A stretch of 64,000 bases of DNA, taken from contig NC_086097.1 of NCBI RefSeq assembly GCF_963921235.1, positions 186,436,001 through 186,500,000 on the forward strand, in the 5' to 3' direction. Positions 13,657 to 25,872 of the stretch are shown here, piece after piece. The notes beneath the pieces are model-generated. The model was not told the origin of the DNA. It was given only the letters and a program-made list of their open reading frames with translations, and did not search any database. The stretch's first letter is position 1, and each line of letters begins with the position of its first letter. Position numbers and translations under genes: made by a program. Source of the stretch: Mobula hypostoma. Taxonomy: Eukaryota.

Positions 13657-16097
13657 TGTCATAGTCCAGATTGGGGTCTCTTTAAATTTACTTTGTTTAT
13701 ATTACGATCCAGACCGTTGACTCCCTGTTTCCCTTTGGTTCCCTGTTTTCCCGTGTGCCTCAGCCTTGGTGATTAGAGGCAATTTATTCTCTGCTGAACC
13801 AGTAGTTTATAGTCTCCGGCTTTCAGCTGTTCGGTTGGAGAATGTCTGCGAAGTCACTAAAGGTACGGCGTGCCAATGTCATCTGGCTGGCGCAAGCCTA
13901 GTCTCCGCCTGAAGTGAGTGCCGGTAATTCGCCTTTCCTCACCAGAGCAACCCTGTCAAGTTACGTCGCCAAAGCGAGCCTGCAAAGTTTCCTCACCGAG
14001 GTGGGTCCATCAGTTAACCCGCCAGAGGGAACCAAGAACCGCTGTCTATAGTTCCCGGGCCGAGTCGAGAGCTCGTCACTACCCGGAGGCTCCAAGTCAG
14101 GTCCTGACTCCGGGGGCATCCAAGTACCGAGTCAAGTCCCGGTCCTGGCGGCATCCAAAGTACCGAGTCAAGTCCCGTCCCTGGCGGCATCCAGGTTCCG
14201 AGTCGAGTCGAGTCAAGTCCCGTCCCTGGCGGCATCCAGGTTCCGAGTCGAGTCAAGTCCCGTCCCTGGCGGCATCCAGGTTCCGAGTCGAGTCAAGTCC
14301 CGTCCCTGGCGGCATCCAGGTTCCGGGTCAAGTCCCGTCCCTGGCGGCATCCAGGTTCCGAGTCAAGTCCCGGTCCTGGCGGTCTGTGATTCCTGTCCTG
14401 CCCGCTGCTGTCTGAATCCCTTCTCTGCCCCTCTCGCCTCTAGCCCTCGTCTGTAGCCCTCACCTGCACCTCGGTCTAGGTCTATCGCTGGAGCTAGGTA
14501 GGTACTGTCTGGTGTTCTTTCGTGTTGGTCTTGTCTTGTCCTCGCCTCCGTGGGGTAAGTCAGGCTGCCTTGCCATTGCCCGCGGGGGGTTACGAGTCCC
14601 GGCCCTATGTTTTGTACCCAAGGAGGGATCCCAGCTCTCTGTTCTGTGTGTGAGTCCCGGCCTTATGTCCTGTACCCAAGGAGGGGTCCCGACTCTGTGT
14701 TCTGTGTATGTGTCCATTGTTCCATGTACCTGCTCTTCCGAGACCAAGGCTCTGTTTTCCCATGTACCTCCTCTCCCCAGCCCATGTCATTTCCTTGCCT
14801 GGTTCTCAGGTCCGAGCCCGGGGCAAGACCCAGGTACTGGGTCTTTGTCCAGTCTCTGGCTCGGAGTCCATACCCTAGCCTCCTCATGTCACCTCTAGTT
14901 TGTGATCCGATTCCGAGTCCTAGCCCAGACCCTTGGTCCCAGCCTAGTCGTAGTCCTGAGTCCTTGTCCAGTTCGTTATTCCTGCTCCTGCCTTGCTCTC
15001 CTGGTATCGAACAATAAACTAAATTTGATTAAACTCACAAGATGTGTCTTGCATTTGGATCCACCGTTGCTCCCAATGCCCCCCAATTGTAACAGAATAC
15101 TCCCGCCATACATGGACCCAGCAGACACAAACACTGTTTTTCCAAACTCTTGTCAGCCTAAAGTCAAGGTGTTGTTGTTCTGTCTCCGTCCAAAGTGAGT
15201 GCCGGTAATTCGCCTTTTCTCACCAGAGCAACCCTGTCAAGTTGCCTCGCCAAAGCGCGTCTGCAAAGTTTCCTCACCGAGGTGGGTCCTTCAGTTAACC
15301 TGCCGCAGGGAATCAAGAACCGCTGTCTATAGTTCCCAGGCCAAGTCGAGAGCTCGCCTCTACCTGGAGGCTCCGAGTCAAGTCCCGGCCCTGGCGGCAT
15401 CCACAGTTCTGAGTCATGTCCTGGCTCTGGCAGTCTGTGACTCCTGTCCTCCCCCCCCCCCACCCCCATCGGAATCCCTTCTCTGCCCCTCTCACCTCTA
15501 GCCCTCGTCTGCAGCCCTCGCCTGCACCTCAGTCTAGTTCTGTCACCGGAGCTAGATAGGTACTGTCTGGTGTTCTTTCGTGTTGATCTTGTCTTGTCCT
15601 CGCCTCTGTGGGGTAAGTCTGGCCATCTTGCCATTGCCCTGTGGGGGGGTCATGAGTCCCGGCCCTATGTCCTGTACCCAACGAGGGGTCCCAGCTCTCT
15701 GTTCTGTGTATGTGTCCATTGTTCCATGTACCTGCTCTCCCGAGACCGAGGCTCTGTTTTTCCATGTACTTCCTCTCCCTAGCCCATGTCATGTCTTTGC
15801 CTGGTTCTGGGGTCCGAGCCTGGGGCAAGACCCAGGTACTGGGTCCTTGCCCAGTCTCTGGCTCGGAGTCCATATCCTAGCCTCTTCATGTCGCCTCTAG
15901 TTTTGGGATCCGATTCCGAGTCCTAGCCCAGACCCTTAGTCCCAGCCTAGTCATAGTCCTGAGTCCTTGTCCAGTTCGCTATTCCTGCTCCTGCCTTGCT
16001 CTCCTGGTATCGAACAATAAACTAAACTTAATTAACCTCACAAGATGTGTCTTGCATTTGTGTCCACCCATGCTCCCAAAGCCCCCCAATTGTGACA
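13657..16097 (+). mobile_element. Internally deleted Gypsy LTR element (full 5' LTR 13657-15094, about 86 bp internal, partial 3' LTR about 15181-16097)
   Basis: TGTCAT...GTGACA ends and 5-bp TSD CTTTT (13652-13656, 16098-16102). First LTR ends TGTAACA at 15094, followed by GAATAC and ATGGACCCAGCAGAC (MDPAD, gag-like start at 15112). Confidence 0.88.
14095..14382. repeat. Minisatellite inside the LTR (33-43 bp unit)
   Basis: About 8 copies of GAGTCAAGTCCCGTCCCTGGCGGCATCCAGGTTCC with a variable number of GAGTC units. Sister LTR copies have fewer units. Confidence 0.9.
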
Positions 16098-16102
16098 CTT
16101 TT

Positions 16103-16178
16103 GTCACTTTCACAATTCTTCTGAGCAGCATCATCCTTCCTTGGTCCAAAATATTATCCATGCAGAGTCAGAGGTTGC
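16103..16178 (-). pseudogene. RBM25: RBM25 processed fragment, 5' part
   Basis: Removing the LTR insertion and one TSD gives FGPRKDDAAQKNCESDKSSGPVVGNISEK, collinear with RBM25 LGARKDHPGLKAKENDENCGPTTTVFVGNISEK. Confidence 0.75.
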
Positions 16179-17288
16179 AATGGTCCAGTGTATGTAAGCC
16201 CTTGCCACAGTGGCAACATAATTTGTTCAGCCACTTTGGCCTCCGTCTAGATGCTGCAATTTTGTTCAGGTTCACTTTCAGTCCTGACAGCAACTCAATT
16301 GAATCTCTGTCTGCTGTTTCCATTAATACAGCAATTTCAAATGTTTTTTTAAATATAAGTTGTGTTTCAGTTAGGAGCCATTTTTGAATGCTTTCTTGTA
16401 AGATTCCATAAGCTAAACAATCTCACAGTGCATCATTAAGCCCATCATTGAACTGGCAATGCTCAATCTCTTCAATTCAGCCATATATACTGAAATGGAC
16501 TCCCCTTCCCTTTGATTCTGCTGAAGAGTTGTGTAATCAACAATCGTTTTGGTTCTCGGTGTTCCTGCTTAACTTTCAAATTAGCAGCAAGAATCATTTC
16601 TGCTGGTTTGGTTGGAGCTGTTAATCTTCAAAGCAAACTGTTTGCCTCTAAACCCAAGGCACTCAGCAAAATTCGTACTTGTTTTTCATTGGTTATTGTA
16701 TTTGCTTCAAAATAACATCGAGTTAGCTCATTGTACATGATCCAGCTGAGCAACTGAACGTGTCAATCTTTCCAATGTAGCCAGCCATTGCTGCTCTTTT
16801 ATGATTATTATCATGTGGTACTCGCATTTTATGAACCTGTGAATTCTTTCATGTGCTTTTTTTTTTAAACTCAATTGTGTCTTCCTTTCTGAAGGGCAAG
16901 TGCTCTGCTTTTTTAAAACACAACTGTCTCTGCACATGCTACACTGTTTGTTTACTCACTGTTTCTTGCTGCATTTTTTATTTACTTGAACATGTTGCTG
17001 CGCTTCAACAGGTCAGTAACCATATCAGGTTTGTTTTAAAAATATGTCGTCGCCACCGTTATGTTTGTAACTTGAAAACATTAAAATAATTCAAACAAAG
17101 ACACAGAAGTCTGAAATATGAGCCTAACCACATTTATTTAAGGTATGCACATGTCACATGATAGTGTGACATATGCAATTCACATATTTTACATATAATC
17201 ATAATAAATTTAAGATTAAGCATTACGCTTAATCAACAACATATTTACAATATTACTCCAACACTACTGAAACATTAAATGCACAACA
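16179..17288 (-). mobile_element. K02A2.6-like Gypsy element: 5' LTR (17057-17288), PBS, decayed gag
   Basis: LTR begins TGTTGTGC and is followed by a PBS-like TGGCGACGA (17047-17055). ATG at 16788 reads MAGYIGKID, then YFEAN..LLSALG..LTAPTKPAEM, ending in the zinc knuckle CCHCGKGLHTLDHC. Confidence 0.8.
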
Positions 17289-19374
17289 GTATCTGACCTT
17301 ATTACCAGATTTTTAACAGCAACAATATTTCTATTATAATAGATTAAATTCATTTTTTACCATCACCATTTTTTAAAATCAAGTTTAAAGAAATCAGTTA
17401 TTGAGCAGGCCTGTATGTCAGAATACAACAGCACAAAAGAAACTGGCATAAGTGAATTTATCAACTGAAAGTCAAGAATGATCCGTACAAGTTAAACTGT
17501 AGTGGTCTAGAATTTGCAGAACTGATAAGTTAATGTTCACATACTTTCTTCTGTTTGGTTAAATATTAGCTTAAAATCAGAGCATCACTTTCATAAGTGA
17601 AACTCGGAAGTATAATGTCACATAGAAATTAGTTTTGGAGAAACCTGGTTCCCAAAAGGACTGTATCATTTTACTAAATGACATTTTGTAGGTTTGATAT
17701 ACTTAATGTGTAATTTATACTATTGGATCTATTTATTCCAAAGATATTTGGCTTTTTTTGCTCTGTCATTTGAAGTTTCCGAATCTCCATTTTGATGTTA
17801 AAGAATAACAAGGGATGTGATTCAAAATCAGGTAAATTGGGTTATTTGCCCTTCTGAGGAAAAAGAGATGTATTTATCTCCTTTTCAAATCCCAGATTCA
17901 GTATTTTTGCACAACCTGCTGTGCGCTATAAGATTTAAGCTGATTATCATGCTCATTGGATTTGTACCTTATCTTCATCATAACCACCGTCTTGTCCATC
18001 GTTGCTTCAGTTACACAAAGTATCACGTAATGAAGTTGTGAAAGTCCCGGTCATCATTTGGACCAACCTAAACAAGCCACTAGAATCAGGAAGGAAGACC
18101 TTCCATATATGGACAATTTAAGTGTGACTGTGCTTAATGCCTGGGAAAGGATCTCTTTAAAAAAAAAACAAAGCACATCTGGATTCTAATTCTGGAGACT
18201 AAGTTCAGTGTGAGTGTCAGTAATATAAAAAGAGAAACTACAAACAGAAATTTATATTTGACTTACTTGAAGGCCAATGTTTCAGTGCACTTATTATTCA
18301 GATTTTATGCATAGAATTATGGAATATATTACAATGAACAGAATAAGGAAAGTTGGGCATTCTTCTGGAATCAGAATGAAATAAATAGTCTGTATAAGAA
18401 AAGATCATGACCTAGCAGTTGGCATGCAGAAATAGGTTGTGATTACATAGTTCAGATTCAGAGCTGTGAATGCCACGCGATAATGTTAAATATACATGAG
18501 AAGCAGGAAGTCCAATTTACTTGAATTGGAAAATATTTAAATCAGAAACTAGAAAAGATGGGACAGGAGAAGCATGAAATGAAGAAAGCTGGAGCTATAA
18601 TCATTGGAAAAAATAGTTGTCTTGAGTGCAACAATCTGACGTAATTTATTCAGCTAATAACAAGCACTGAAAGGTGGGGATTAAGTTGTTATTGCAAATG
18701 TGAAGCAATAAGTTGACACAACATGCCAAAATCTAGTTTTAACACTTTCTGAGGTTGAGAAACAGGTGGAACATATATTAACGTCAGTGCCAGGAGTAAC
18801 ACCATAAGACTGTTTAACTATAAGACCATAACACTTATATCTGAAAGTACTAATGCAGGAGATCTTCCCTTAAAGCCTCTTCCTCTCTGTAGGAGGTAAC
18901 ACCAACAAGAAATTCTTTCTCAGATTGTGAAGCAGTTCGAAGTTGATTGTTATTTTAACCAGTAACAAAGGAAGAAATTGTGACCTTCCTGCTACAGGAA
19001 ACGTCAAGGCCCAAACAGGTAAGTTTTAAAATGTCAGAAGCTGCAATTCTTGACCTCCCAATGAAGCTTATGAGTCACGTTGCTCATAGTCTTCCTCCAT
19101 TCACTCTTGAAACTCATTCTGCCTCTTTCTTAATTGAGGAATAGGTGAAATTCCTGCCTCATTCTAGTCTCTTCTAAAAGGGAATTTGAATGCCCACAAA
19201 TTTTGGAACAGCTGCTGTCCTGCTGCTTATGCTGCATACTTGGAAGTTCAAGTCAGTTGGGCAAATCACTGCCAAAATCAAGAGAGTGTGCAGCAATTCT
19301 CAGTTCTGCTTGGCCACTTTCTGCTGAGCAAGAATGTGAGTTAGGTAAAGTAAATGATGAGGTATTGTTGCTGT

Positions 19375-20967
19375 TAGAAACATAGAAAACCTACAGCACA
19401 ATACAGGCCCTTTGGCCCACAAAGCTGTGTCGAACATGTCCTTAGAAATTACTTAGGGTTACACACAGCCCTCTATTTTTCTAAGCTCCATCTACCTATC
19501 CAGGAGTCTCTTAAAATACCCTATTGTATTCGCCGCCACCCACCATTGTTGACAACCCATTCCACGCACTCACCACTTTTTTTTAAAAAAAAGACCTACC
19601 CCTAACATCTCCTCTGTACCTAATTCTAAGCACCTTAAAGCTGTGCTCTCTCATGCCAACCATTTCAGCCTGGGGAAAAAGCCTCTAACATGACCAATGC
19701 CTCTCATCATCTTGTACACCTCTATCAGATCACCTCTCATCCTCCATTGCTCCAAGGAGAAAAGGCCGAGTTCACTCAACCTGTTCTCATAAGGCATGCT
19801 CCCCAATCCAGGCAACATCCTTGTAAATCTCCTCTGCACCCTTTCTATGGTTCCCACATCCTTCCTGTAGTGAGGCGACCAGAACTGAGCACAGTACTCC
19901 AAGTGGGGTCTGACCAAGGTCTTATGTAGGTGCATCATTACCTCTCGGCTTGAACTCAATCCCATGATTGATGAAGGCCAATGCACCATATGCCTTCTTA
20001 ACCACAGAGTCAACCTGCATAGCAGCTTTGAGTGTCCTATGGACTCGGACCCCAGGATCCCTCTGATCCTCCACACTGCCAAGAGTCTTACCATTAATAC
20101 TATATACTATATTATACTATACAAATTGAACCACCTCACACTTATCTGGGTTGAACTCTATCTACCACTTCCCAGCCAATTTTTGCATTCTATCAATGTC
20201 CCACTGTAACCTCTGACAGCCCTCCATACTACCCACAACACCCCCAACCTTTGTGGCATCAGGAAATTTACTAACCCATCCCTCCACTTCCTTATCCAAG
20301 TCACTTATAAAGATCAGGAAGAGTAGGGATCCCAGAACAGATACCTGAAGCACACCACTGGTCACTGACCTCCATGCAAAATATGACCTGTCCACAACCA
20401 CTCTTTGTCTTCAGATCTGGATCCACAAAGTAATGTTCCCTTGGATCCCATGCCTCCTTACTTTCTCAATAAGCCTTGCATGGGCTACCTTACCAAATGC
20501 CTTGCTGAAATCCATATACAGTACACTGCATCTACTGCACTACCTTCATCAATGTGTTTACTCACATCCTCAAAAAATTCAATCAGGCTCGTAAGGCACA
20601 ACCTGCCTTTCACAAAGCCATGCTGACTATTCCTAATCATATTATGCCTCTCCAAATGTTCATAAATCCTGCCCCTCAGGATCTTCTCCATCAACTAACC
20701 AACCACTGAAGTAAGACTCACTGGTCTATAATTTCCTGAGATATCTCAACTCCCTTTCTTGAATAAGGGAACAACATCCGCAACCCTCCAATCCTCCAGA
20801 ACCTTTCTTATCCCCAATGATGATGCAAAGATCATCACCAGAGGCTCAGCAATCTCCTCCTTCGCTTCCCACAGTAGCCTGGGGTACATCTCATCTGGTC
20901 CCGGTAACTTATCCAACTTGATGCCCTCCAAAGGCTCCAGCACATACTCTTCCTTAATATCTACATG
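19375..20967 (-). mobile_element. CR1-clade LINE, 5'-truncated
   Basis: RT motifs SQHGFVKGRLCLTSLIEFFE, SGVLQVSVLG, KFPDATK and LVRPHLEYCAQFWSPHY. TTTCTATGTTTCTA tail. Confidence 0.9.
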
Positions 20968-22254
20968 ATACTGTAATGTTAGCCTCTATGGACTAAATAA
21001 ATCAGTTGATCTGATGGGGAATAAAACTGTTTCATGATATTAAAGGAAAATCATGTTATTGTAAACAGAAATTATCCTAAAATAGAGCAACCGAGGAGCT
21101 AAAAAGTAATCACTATCACACGATCACAAAGCTCAGGATGACTTATAGCCAATATAAAAATGCAATTAAATGAGAAAATTAACACGTTTTCATTTGTGAA
21201 TATTTGGTTCTCCATTCCAAAGCTTAAGGCTGCAAGGCATTTCTATAATTACACTTGAGGTTAACTAAATATGCTTATGAAATTTCAAACCTAGGTGTCC
21301 TCTGATGATATGATTGTGTTCATTTTAGCCAAACATATTAGTGAAAGTTAACTTTTACAAATTGTGCTTTTTACAATTTAAATATTGCTACAGGTTGTAA
21401 ATCAAATGCATTTCAAAGGCTAGCAGAACAAGTTATTGAAAAAGTGATACAAATAACAGCAAAGTCAATTCATTGAACAAAGGCATTTTAGCTGATGTGT
21501 CAAACAATGGTTAGAATGTCTTGCCGGAGTGTGTGATTTTCATACAGGTGTAATAGCACCTTCAGGGTTACTAGGCTCAGACCTGGAGGAGCAGCAATAA
21601 TGGAAGTATTGCTTCAAGTCCCTTTGAAGCTGCCAGCAGCATTAACATAGACTGAAATTCTGGAAGATCAGCCAGTCAAGCAGTGTCCATGGAAAGAGAA
21701 ACCAATGAATGTCTTGGGTCAGGAAGCCTGCTCAGCAGTATCAACTTCTCTGTTTAATGCCATTTTAATGTGGACTCAGAGTTCCAACACCGACAAAAAT
21801 AACAAAATAACACTGGCTGTGGAAATACTCAGCAGGTCAGGCAACAGCTATAGTGAAATATCTGAGTCAGAGTTTCGGATTGACTTGATTAACATTACAA
21901 ACATTTTGTTCTTTTAATTCAAAGGACAGTCCAGGCTATATTGTTTGAGTTTTTCCACAGAAATCAAATGGAATTAGTAGAGCTAATATGAGCTTGTGAT
22001 AGTTGTGAACTAGTCCCTTTACAAAGTATACTGAAATTCTTAAGTTCTTTCTTCGCACAGGGTGCAATGTCGTACAGAATACAGTCTATCAAATCTGTAA
22101 GAAATAATTTTTGTGCATGTGTTCTAAAGTCTTCATGTGGAAAATGCAACATATAAGATAAATTTAAACTTTTAAAGTTCTGTAATAAGTTTAGTTTGAA
22201 TATTGCTGCATCATCAAATGTTCTATATATTCTCCTGTCTTTATTTAACACCTC

Positions 22255-25200
22255 ACCAAAGTGCTACAGCACAGCTTCATTTGACCATCTCAGTCCCCAG
22301 CCAGTGAAGGATTCTTCTTTGTCAAAAAGAAAGATGGGGGTCTTCATCCTTGCATCAACTACCGTGGACTGCCCTGTCTCCTTGATGCATAGCACATTTG
22401 AAACACTTTGTAAGGCCCAGATCTTCACCAAACTAGGTGTGCAGAATGTGTACAACCTGATTTGCATTCCCCAGAGTTGATGAGTGGAAGACAATATCCA
22501 TAACATCTACTGGCCTGTCACAATGGCAGGGGCATTGGGAGCAAGGGTGGACCCAAATGCAAGACATATCTTGAGAGGTTACTTAGGTTTAGTTTATTGT
22601 ACGATACCAGGAGAGCAAGACAGAAGTAGGAATAGCGAACTGGACAAGGACTGAGGACTATGACTAGGCTGGAACCAAGGGTCTGGGCTAGGACTCGGAA
22701 TCGGCTCCCAGAACTAGAGGAGACATGAAGAGGCTAGGATATGGACTCCAAGCCAGAGACTGGGCAAGGACCCAGTACCTGGGTCTTGCCCCAGGCTCGG
22801 ACCCCAGAACCAGGCAAGGACATGACATGGGCTAGGGAGAGGAGGAAAATGGGAACACAGAGCCTCGGTCTTGGGGAGCAGGTACATGGAACCATGGACA
22901 CATACACAGAACACAGAGTCGGGACCCCTCCTTGGGTACAGGACATAGGGCCGGGACTCACACACAGGACAGAGAGCCGGGACCCCTCCTTGGGTACAGG
23001 ACATAGGGCCGGGACTCATGACCCTCCATGGGGCAATGGAAAGACTTACCCCATGGAGGCGAGGACAAGACAAGACAGAACATGATCCCCCGCGGGGCAA
23101 CTGCAAGACGGCCTGACTTACCCCACAGAGGCGAGGACAAGACAAGACAAGACCAACACGAAGGAACACCAGACAGTACCTATCTAGCTCCGGTGATGGA
23201 ACTAGACCGAAGTGCAGGCGGGGGCTGGAGATCAGGGCTAGAGGCGAGAGGGGCAGAGAAGGGATTCAGACAAGGGGGTAGGACAGGAATCACTGACCGC
23301 CAGGGTTAAGACTAGACTCAGAACTGGAAGCCGCCAGGGCCAGGACTTGACATGGTACTTGGACGCCACCTGAGCCAGGACATGGACGTTGTACTTGGAT
23401 GCCGCCGGAGCCAGGATGTGGTGCTTGGAACCTCCGGGTAGTGCCGAGCTCTCAACTTGGCCCGGGAACAGTAGACAGCAGCTCTTGATTCCCTCCGGCG
23501 GGTTAACTGATGGACCCACCTTGATGAGGAAACTTTGCAGGCTCGCTTCGGCGAGGTAACTGGACAGGGTTGCTCCAGTGAGGAAAGACGAATTACCGGC
23601 ACCCGCTTCGGGCAGAGACAACTCTTGCTCCAGCCAGGTGACATTGGCATGCTGTGACTTTGCAGACGCTCCCACACCGAACGGCTGAAAGCTGGAGATT
23701 ATAAACTACCGGTTCAGCAAAGTGTTAATTGCCTCTAATCACCAAAATCAAGGAACATGGGAAAACAGGGAATCAACGGTCCGGATCGTAACATAAACAA
23801 GCTAAACTTAAAGGGACCCCGATCCGGACCATGACACTGGCCATTATTAACACTTGGTGATGTTATCAGACTTTCTAACAGTCCACTAATTTTCCAAGCC
23901 TTCATCAATGAGATCCTCTGAGATTTGCTACATAGGTATGTGTTTGTCTACCTCAATGGCATCCTCATCTTCGACAAGGACCCCCTTGACAACGTCTGCC
24001 ATGTCAGTTCAGTCCTTTAGTGTCTCCTCAAAAACTGTACTGCAAGTCCGGCAAATACCAGTCCTACACCCCAGTTATTTCCTTCTTGAGTTACATCCTT
24101 TCACCCCAAGGCATAACTATAGACCCAAAATCAATTTATATGTCATTGAAAGGCCCTGACCATGCTCCTGCAAACAGCTAGAGAGCTTCTTGAGCGTCTC
24201 CAACTTCTGCTGCCATTTCATCGGGAACTACAGCCAAATCATTGCTCCTCTCACCTACCTCATGGTAATCTGGTCTACTGCCATGGACCATGCTTTCAAG
24301 GATGCTTCATCACCAGTCCCATTCTCCACCATCCGAACTCTTCTGAACCTTTTATGGTAGAGGTGGATGGGTCTGACATAGGTGTTGGGGCCATCCTCCC
24401 CCAGAGAGGACTGGAGAGGAAGACAAATCCTATGTCTCTTTCCCATGCAAGTTCAACTTTTGCACAGCTTTGAACTTGGAGGAGTAGAAGACAGGGAGCT
24501 GCACACCATTAAATAGGCCTTGAAGGAATGGAGACTTTGACTGATGGGGAACACTGAGCCTTTTTGGATCTGGATTGACCAACAACCTTATATTAATACA
24601 AAAGATCAACCAACTAATCAGGTCAGCTCACTGGGCCTTCTTCTTTGAGCATTTCATCTTCACCATCTCACTTATCCGGCTCCAAGAACACAAATGTGGT
24701 TGCCCTGTTACAACAGCTTGACCAAGCTGAAATGGAGATCGACCCTCAGCCCACCATTCCAGTCTTGCAGATCCTTGCCCCGGTCATCTGGGATCTTGAG
24801 AAATAGATCTGCCAGGCCCTAGAGTGTGAGCTTGTTCCAGCCAACACAACTGGCAACCGCACATATTTGCCAACGGCATGCTCTCTGAGACACTCAGGTG
24901 GGCTCACTCCTCACCCTCTCTGGCCATCCAGGTGCACATCGATCTCTGGATTTTCTGTGATGCCAGTTCTTATTGGAGATGTATGTCAGTTCATCGTTGC
25001 CTGCCCTCAATATGCCCAAGTCAAATTCCTTCAACCAGTGGCCTACCAGGCTCCTGAAGCCCCGAAATCTATGGTCACACATTGCCATGGATTTCCTCAC
25101 AGGGTTAACACTTTCTGATGGGACCACGGTGATCAGGTCAGTGATAGACCAGTTCTCAAAGGCGGCCCACTTCATTGCCCTACCCAACCTTCCATCAGCC

Positions 25201-25872
25201 ACTGAGATGGTGGACCTGGTTCTCCAACATATAGTCTGCCTTCGGGGTTTCCCTCAGAACATTGTGTCAGACTGGAGTCACTCAACCCACCTGAGACTAC
25301 ACCTCTGGAACCAAGCTGGTGGAAGGTGGTCCAGTATACATGGCTCACCGGTGGATGGGTTTACATCATCATGTATGGGGTGTGTAGTGCCTGGTCAACT
25401 GGGAAAGGTATGGCCCAGACAAGAGGTCCTGAGTGCAGTTCACTTTCATCTTGGATCCATTGCTTATCAAGGAGTTCCACCAGAAATGTCTGGGTCATCC
25501 TGGGCTGTCAGGTGCCGGCCCCAGGAGTGGGGTGTAGTGTCAGGACTGCCCTGGCAGGCACCTCACAGTCTGCACCCAGCTATCAGGAGTCACTTGTCAC
25601 AGGAGTCACCTGCCACTCATTTCCAACTCATAAACTGCAGCATATTTAAACCCAGTCTTCATCCAGAGTCCTTTGTTCACCCTCCGAACCAGGCAGCCTT
25701 GACCATTTCCTCCTAGCCTTCAGTTATCTTGTTGCCTTGTCATGTTAGCTATCTGTTCTCTTTTGTTTTTTGGCCCTTCATGCCTTGTTATTTTGCAGTT
25801 TATTAGTAAAATATCATTTACTGCTAAATTGTCTGTGTTGCTTTGCTTTTTTTTTGTCAAGTCTCCTTGACA
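22255..25872 (+). mobile_element. Decayed chromoviral (Sushi/Tf2-like) Gypsy element: RT, RNase H, integrase, chromodomain, 3' LTR
   Basis: [18 protein letters not shown] (RT), [26 protein letters not shown] (RNase H), [24 protein letters not shown] (integrase) and [24 protein letters not shown] (chromodomain). Purine tract, then LTR TGTCAGG (25538) to TTGACA (25872). Confidence 0.85.
22516..23836 (-). mobile_element. Solo LTR, same family as 13657-16097
   Basis: TGTCAC...ATGACA termini, flanking duplication CTGGCC (22510-22515, 23837-23842), and reverse-complement similarity to 13657-15094. Interrupts the chromoviral RT. Confidence 0.9.

Noticed and set aside
13408..13662. ORF as a functional RBM25 exon
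   Set aside because: The start codon comes from the LTR junction, there is a deletion before VGNISEK, frameshifts follow, and there are no splice sites. It is a dead retro-fragment.
14095..14382. CRISPR-like array
   Set aside because: The units are contiguous with no unique spacers and lie inside a eukaryotic LTR. It is a minisatellite.
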